From a virus, in the UHGV virus genome UHGV-0039337: a stretch of 64,000 bases of DNA, one strand, 5' to 3'. Below the pieces are notes generated by a model. That model was not told the DNA's origin. It saw nothing but the letters and a program-made list of their open reading frames with translations, and searched no databases. Positions within the stretch are counted from its first letter, which is position 1. The number at the start of each line of letters is the position of its first letter. Of this stretch, positions 61,095-64,000 are shown one piece after another. The translations under genes were made by a program, and so were the position numbers.

Positions 61095-61310
61095 ATGAAA
61101 AGATTTAATCTAAAAGAACAAGTACATAATAAATTCTTCTGGATGTCAATAGTGTCATTAATAGTTTTAGTAGCACAACAATTTGGATTAGATTTTATTC
61201 CTGCAGATTTTCAAGTATTTGTTAATTCTGCATTAACTATATTAGTTAGTATGGGAATATTAAATGATAATACAACTCCTGGTATTGGTACAGAAGATAG
61301 AGATATATAA
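61095..61310 (+). CDS. Putative holin (71 aa, two transmembrane segments)
   Basis: The TM segments are FFWMSIVSLIVLVAQQFGL and VFVNSALTILVSMGIL, followed by a charged C-terminus. It sits between the lysin genes. Confidence 0.7.
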   Translation: MKRFNLKEQVHNKFFWMSIVSLIVLVAQQFGLDFIPADFQVFVNSALTILVSMGILNDNTTPGIGTEDRDI

Positions 61311-61337
61311 TACAAATAAGAAAGGATGTGATGAATC

Positions 61338-62252
61338 ATGACTAGATTAGTAGCTATTGATGCAGGACACGGTATGAAAACTGAAGGTAAAAGAACACCT
61401 ATATTAAAAAAAGATTTAGTTATTAATGGTGAAGTCGTTAAGAGAAAAGGTGAAATCATACATGAACATGAATGGAATAGAGCAGTAGCTAAATATATAG
61501 CAGCAGGTTTAGCAAGAAATGGAATAAATTATATGTATACTGCAGACATGATAGGAAATAGAGATATTGCATTATCAACTAGAGCAAGAAAAGCTAATAT
61601 TAAAAGAGCTGATATATTAGTATCTTGTCATTATAATGCAATAGGTAGCTGTATTAATTTTCAAAATAGAATAAAAGGTCTGTTAGTATTAAGAACTAGA
61701 AACTGTTCACAAGAATCTATTAAATTAGGTAATTTGATTCATAAACATTTAAGAGCTGATTGCGATTATGAATATAGCTATGGTCTTATGAGAGATGTAG
61801 ATATGTGTGGATTTACATTAGCAATATTAAGACAAACTAATATGCCTTCAGTATTAGTAGAGTATGGCTTTATGGACTACGAAAAAGAAGCTGTAAAAAT
61901 GTTAGATCCTGTTTGGCAAAAACAATGTGCGGAAGCCACAGTAAAAGGAATATGCGAATATTTCGGAACGGAATACAAAGAAGATACTGCTAAGAAAGAT
62001 GAACATAAAAAAGACAATGTAGAACAAGATACTAGTTTTAAACCTTATATAGTTAAAATAGAAGAAGACATCTTAAATGTAAGAAAAGGCCCAGGCGCTG
62101 AATATAATAAAGTAACAACAGTTAAAAAAGGTGATTCTTATACAGTAATAGATGAAGCAAAAAGTAAAGACGGTGATATTTGGGGTCTTTTAAAAGCGTT
62201 TAAGAAAAAACGTGACGGTTGGATAAACTTAAAATATACTAAAAAGAAATAA
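61338..62252 (+). CDS. N-acetylmuramoyl-L-alanine amidase (Amidase_3 type) endolysin with a C-terminal SH3b cell-wall-binding domain
   Basis: Has AIDAGHG and ILVSCHYNA zinc-ligand motifs plus the acidic EYGF motif. The C-terminal YIVKIEEDILNVRKGPGAEYNKVTTVKKGDSYTVIDE...DIWGLL is SH3_3-like. Confidence 0.85.
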   Translation: MTRLVAIDAGHGMKTEGKRTPILKKDLVINGEVVKRKGEIIHEHEWNRAVAKYIAAGLARNGINYMYTADMIGNRDIALSTRARKANIKRADILVSCHYNAIGSCINFQNRIKGLLVLRTRNCSQESIKLGNLIHKHLRADCDYEYSYGLMRDVDMCGFTLAILRQTNMPSVLVEYGFMDYEKEAVKMLDPVWQKQCAEATVKGICEYFGTEYKEDTAKKDEHKKDNVEQDTSFKPYIVKIEEDILNVRKGPGAEYNKVTTVKKGDSYTVIDEAKSKDGDIWGLLKAFKKKRDGWINLKYTKKK

Positions 62253-62253
62253 G

Positions 62254-62280
62254 TCCGGTGTAACTATACCGGATTTTTTG
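62254..62280 (+). terminator. Rho-independent terminator after the lysis cassette
   Basis: tccggt-gtaactat-accgga is followed by tttttt. Confidence 0.8.
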
Positions 62281-62321
62281 TGTATATTAGGTACGAAAAT
62301 AAAAATGGAGGATGATATTTT

Positions 62322-62681
62322 ATGGCATTGTTTCCTACAGATAATATAAAAAAAGATGGTATACAACTAGGAGGTCCTGATACTCTATGTTATAAATGTG
62401 AACTAGAACGTAGAGCAATGGATCGTGATAGTGATATACCATATGGTAAATTACAATATAAAGAAGTATTTAAAATAAATCAAGGCGGATTAGATACTTG
62501 TTTATGTATGAGACATTTTAAAGAAATGTGTGCTACTTCTCATTATATGTTAATAGATACTAATGAATGTATGGCAGTACCTCTATCAGCAATAGAAGAA
62601 TCTGCACCTGAAATAGAAGAAACACCCGAAGCAACAGAAGAAAAACCTAAGAAAAAAGATAAAAAGAAGGAGGAGAAATAA
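62322..62681 (+). CDS. Cys-rich small protein (119 aa) with a lysine-rich acidic tail
   Basis: RBS aaaaatggaggatgatattttat. Has CYKCE...C.C...C Cys spacing, suggestive of zinc binding. The tail is EETPEATEEKPKKKDKKKEEK. Confidence 0.7.
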   Translation: MALFPTDNIKKDGIQLGGPDTLCYKCELERRAMDRDSDIPYGKLQYKEVFKINQGGLDTCLCMRHFKEMCATSHYMLIDTNECMAVPLSAIEESAPEIEETPEATEEKPKKKDKKKEEK

Positions 62682-62818
62682 TGAAGAGTATATTAATAAA
62701 AAAGATAAAAGATGAATTTGGTATAGGTACTATAAGTGGTAAAAAATTAGAACTATATAATTTTTATGATTTAATAGGATTTGTAACACGTATGAGAAAT
62801 GGAGAAGACATAAAGTAA
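62681..62818 (+). CDS. Small protein (45 aa) not on the supplied track
   Basis: Excellent RBS aagaaggaggagaaata. ATG overlaps the upstream TAA (TAATG) and its TAA overlaps the next ATG. Reads MKSILIKKIKDEFGIGTISGKKLELYNFYDLIGFVTRMRNGEDIK. Confidence 0.6.
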   Translation: MKSILIKKIKDEFGIGTISGKKLELYNFYDLIGFVTRMRNGEDIK

Positions 62819-63021
62819 TGGCAATAAAAGAATTGAAAGCTATGATAAATAGCAGAAAAGACAAAATAGAAGCTTTAAAAAAAGTTATGTGTACAGTTGA
62901 TAGACAACAAACTATTGATCAAATAATAATAGAAATGGAAATGATATCTCGTGAGATATGGACTATAGAAGAAGTTATAATGAAAATAAAATATTTACAA
63001 GAAACAAATATAAATGATTAA
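62818..63021 (+). CDS. Small coiled-coil protein (67 aa)
   Basis: Translationally coupled to the 45-aa ORF. No recognisable motif. Confidence 0.6.
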   Translation: MAIKELKAMINSRKDKIEALKKVMCTVDRQQTIDQIIIEMEMISREIWTIEEVIMKIKYLQETNIND

Positions 63022-63117
63022 CTGGAGGTGATTTTATTAACAGAGTAGCCAAACAACCAAATAGAGTTAGAGGAAATATAATACAATGTATTAATTTTCA
63101 AATGTGTCCACTTTGTT

Positions 63118-63327
63118 ATGGTCGGTTGTCGTAATTATGATTCAAGATTAGAAGAATGTAGAGAGTGCTTTGAAGACGGCATACGACCAGGAGAGAAACG
63201 TAACTACAATGTATGTAATACAGATTTACATGAATCATGGAAAGTTAATAGAATGATATGCAAAAATACTGTAGAAATAGATGAAAATATAAAAATAATA
63301 AATGAAAGAGAGGATATAAATGAATAA
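63118..63327 (+). CDS. Small Cys-rich protein (69 aa)
   Basis: Contains C....C.EC...C-like spacing. No clear RBS, so confidence is low. Confidence 0.45.
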   Translation: MVGCRNYDSRLEECRECFEDGIRPGEKRNYNVCNTDLHESWKVNRMICKNTVEIDENIKIINEREDINE

Positions 63328-63514
63328 TGAAATACAAGTTATGGATGTAGTTGAATCTCTTAAAGTTCAGATAGCTGAGTTATCTTATCAAGTAGCATAT
63401 AGAGACGGTATTATAAAAGCTAAAGATAAAAGAATAGAACAGCTAGAACAAGAATCAGAGTTTGCCAAAAGAAAAAAGGCAAGCGGAGTTATAACGAAAA
63501 CTGTGGAGGAGTAA
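63320..63514 (+). CDS. Small coiled-coil protein (64 aa)
   Basis: RBS gaaagagaggatataa. Overlaps the upstream stop. Confidence 0.6.
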   Translation: MNNEIQVMDVVESLKVQIAELSYQVAYRDGIIKAKDKRIEQLEQESEFAKRKKASGVITKTVEE

Positions 63515-63520
63515 TATAAT

Positions 63521-64000
63521 ATGCAATTTGATAAGCCATATGGAGTTAAATGTATAGAACTTATATCTTCGCTAGCGAATAAAGATAATAAACATAGATT
63601 TATAGACATCCTTAATCCTAGTTTAAAGAAATTTATAAACTTATGTTTAAATCATGCAGAAACAGAAGTATCAGACTTTGCTTTACTTGCTTGCGAAATA
63701 TTATGTGATTTAGGAGTATCAAGAGGTATATTTACTTATAATAAATTTGAAGATAAATATGAACCTTCAGAAGCATTGCAAACTATGATAGCTGCTATGA
63801 TGTTACATGATACATATATAGATGAAAAACATTTAACTACTTCTTTATATAAAGCTCGTGAAGAATTCTGGCCTATAGGTAAAGACTCTGATAATTTTAA
63901 TGGGTCAGTAATGAATGATCAAATATTAGGCCAAATATTTCAGTGTATAGAAGGACAATACGGAGCATCTACTCCAGTAGAAGGTTCTATACCAATAGTA
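63521..64000 (+). CDS. 5' part of an ORF running off the window end (at least 160 aa)
   Basis: RBS ctgtggaggagtaatataat before ATG at 63521. No stop codon before position 64000. Confidence 0.65.
   Translation, partial: MQFDKPYGVKCIELISSLANKDNKHRFIDILNPSLKKFINLCLNHAETEVSDFALLACEILCDLGVSRGIFTYNKFEDKYEPSEALQTMIAAMMLHDTYIDEKHLTTSLYKAREEFWPIGKDSDNFNGSVMNDQILGQIFQCIEGQYGASTPVEGSIPIV

Noticed and set aside
1-64000. Diversity-generating retroelement, CRISPR array, tRNA genes
   Set aside because: No reverse-transcriptase ORF or template/variable repeat pair was seen. There is no direct-repeat/spacer periodicity and no tRNA-like GTTCGA-containing cloverleaf candidates in intergenic DNA. The intergenic regions are very short.

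Overview
The window is AT-rich and every credible gene lies on the + strand with short, often overlapping gene junctions; the 3' partial ORF at 63521 runs past 64000, so the module is truncated at that end. The reverse-strand ORFs on the track look like composition artefacts. It reads as one contiguous block of a phage or prophage from a low-GC Gram-positive host (the lysis enzymes and lipobox signals point to Firmicutes, possibly Clostridium-like; this is inference). From left to right:

- 0-26 kb: a very large set of virion fibre and adhesin genes.
  - A protein carrying a calcineurin-like metallophosphoesterase domain.
  - A 2149-aa chimeric giant with Ig-like repeats, a LamG lectin domain, a CotH-like domain and BspA-type leucine-rich repeats.
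  - Four tail-fibre-like genes plus one decayed remnant that share an N-terminal motif.
  - A collagen-like fibre.
  - A 1444-aa fibre with a GH16 glucanase domain.
- 17.5-18.9 kb: a large serine recombinase sits inside this fibre cassette.
- 26-50 kb: a paralogous family of giant proteins (393-1451 aa) rich in Ig/FN3-like domains.
- 50.5-55.9 kb: four coiled-coil/beta proteins of unknown function.
- 55.95 kb: a strong terminator.
- 56-58.7 kb: a small replication module with a primase-polymerase and a DnaB-like helicase.
- 58.8-62.3 kb: a lysis cassette with a GH25 muramidase and a glucosaminidase (both with lipoprotein-type signals), a holin, and an Amidase_3+SH3b endolysin.
- 62.3-64 kb: small Cys-rich or coiled-coil proteins.

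I saw no capsid, portal, terminase, tail tube, sheath or tape-measure gene, and no tRNA, CRISPR array or reverse transcriptase. All domain calls come from motif recognition by eye. No database search was possible.
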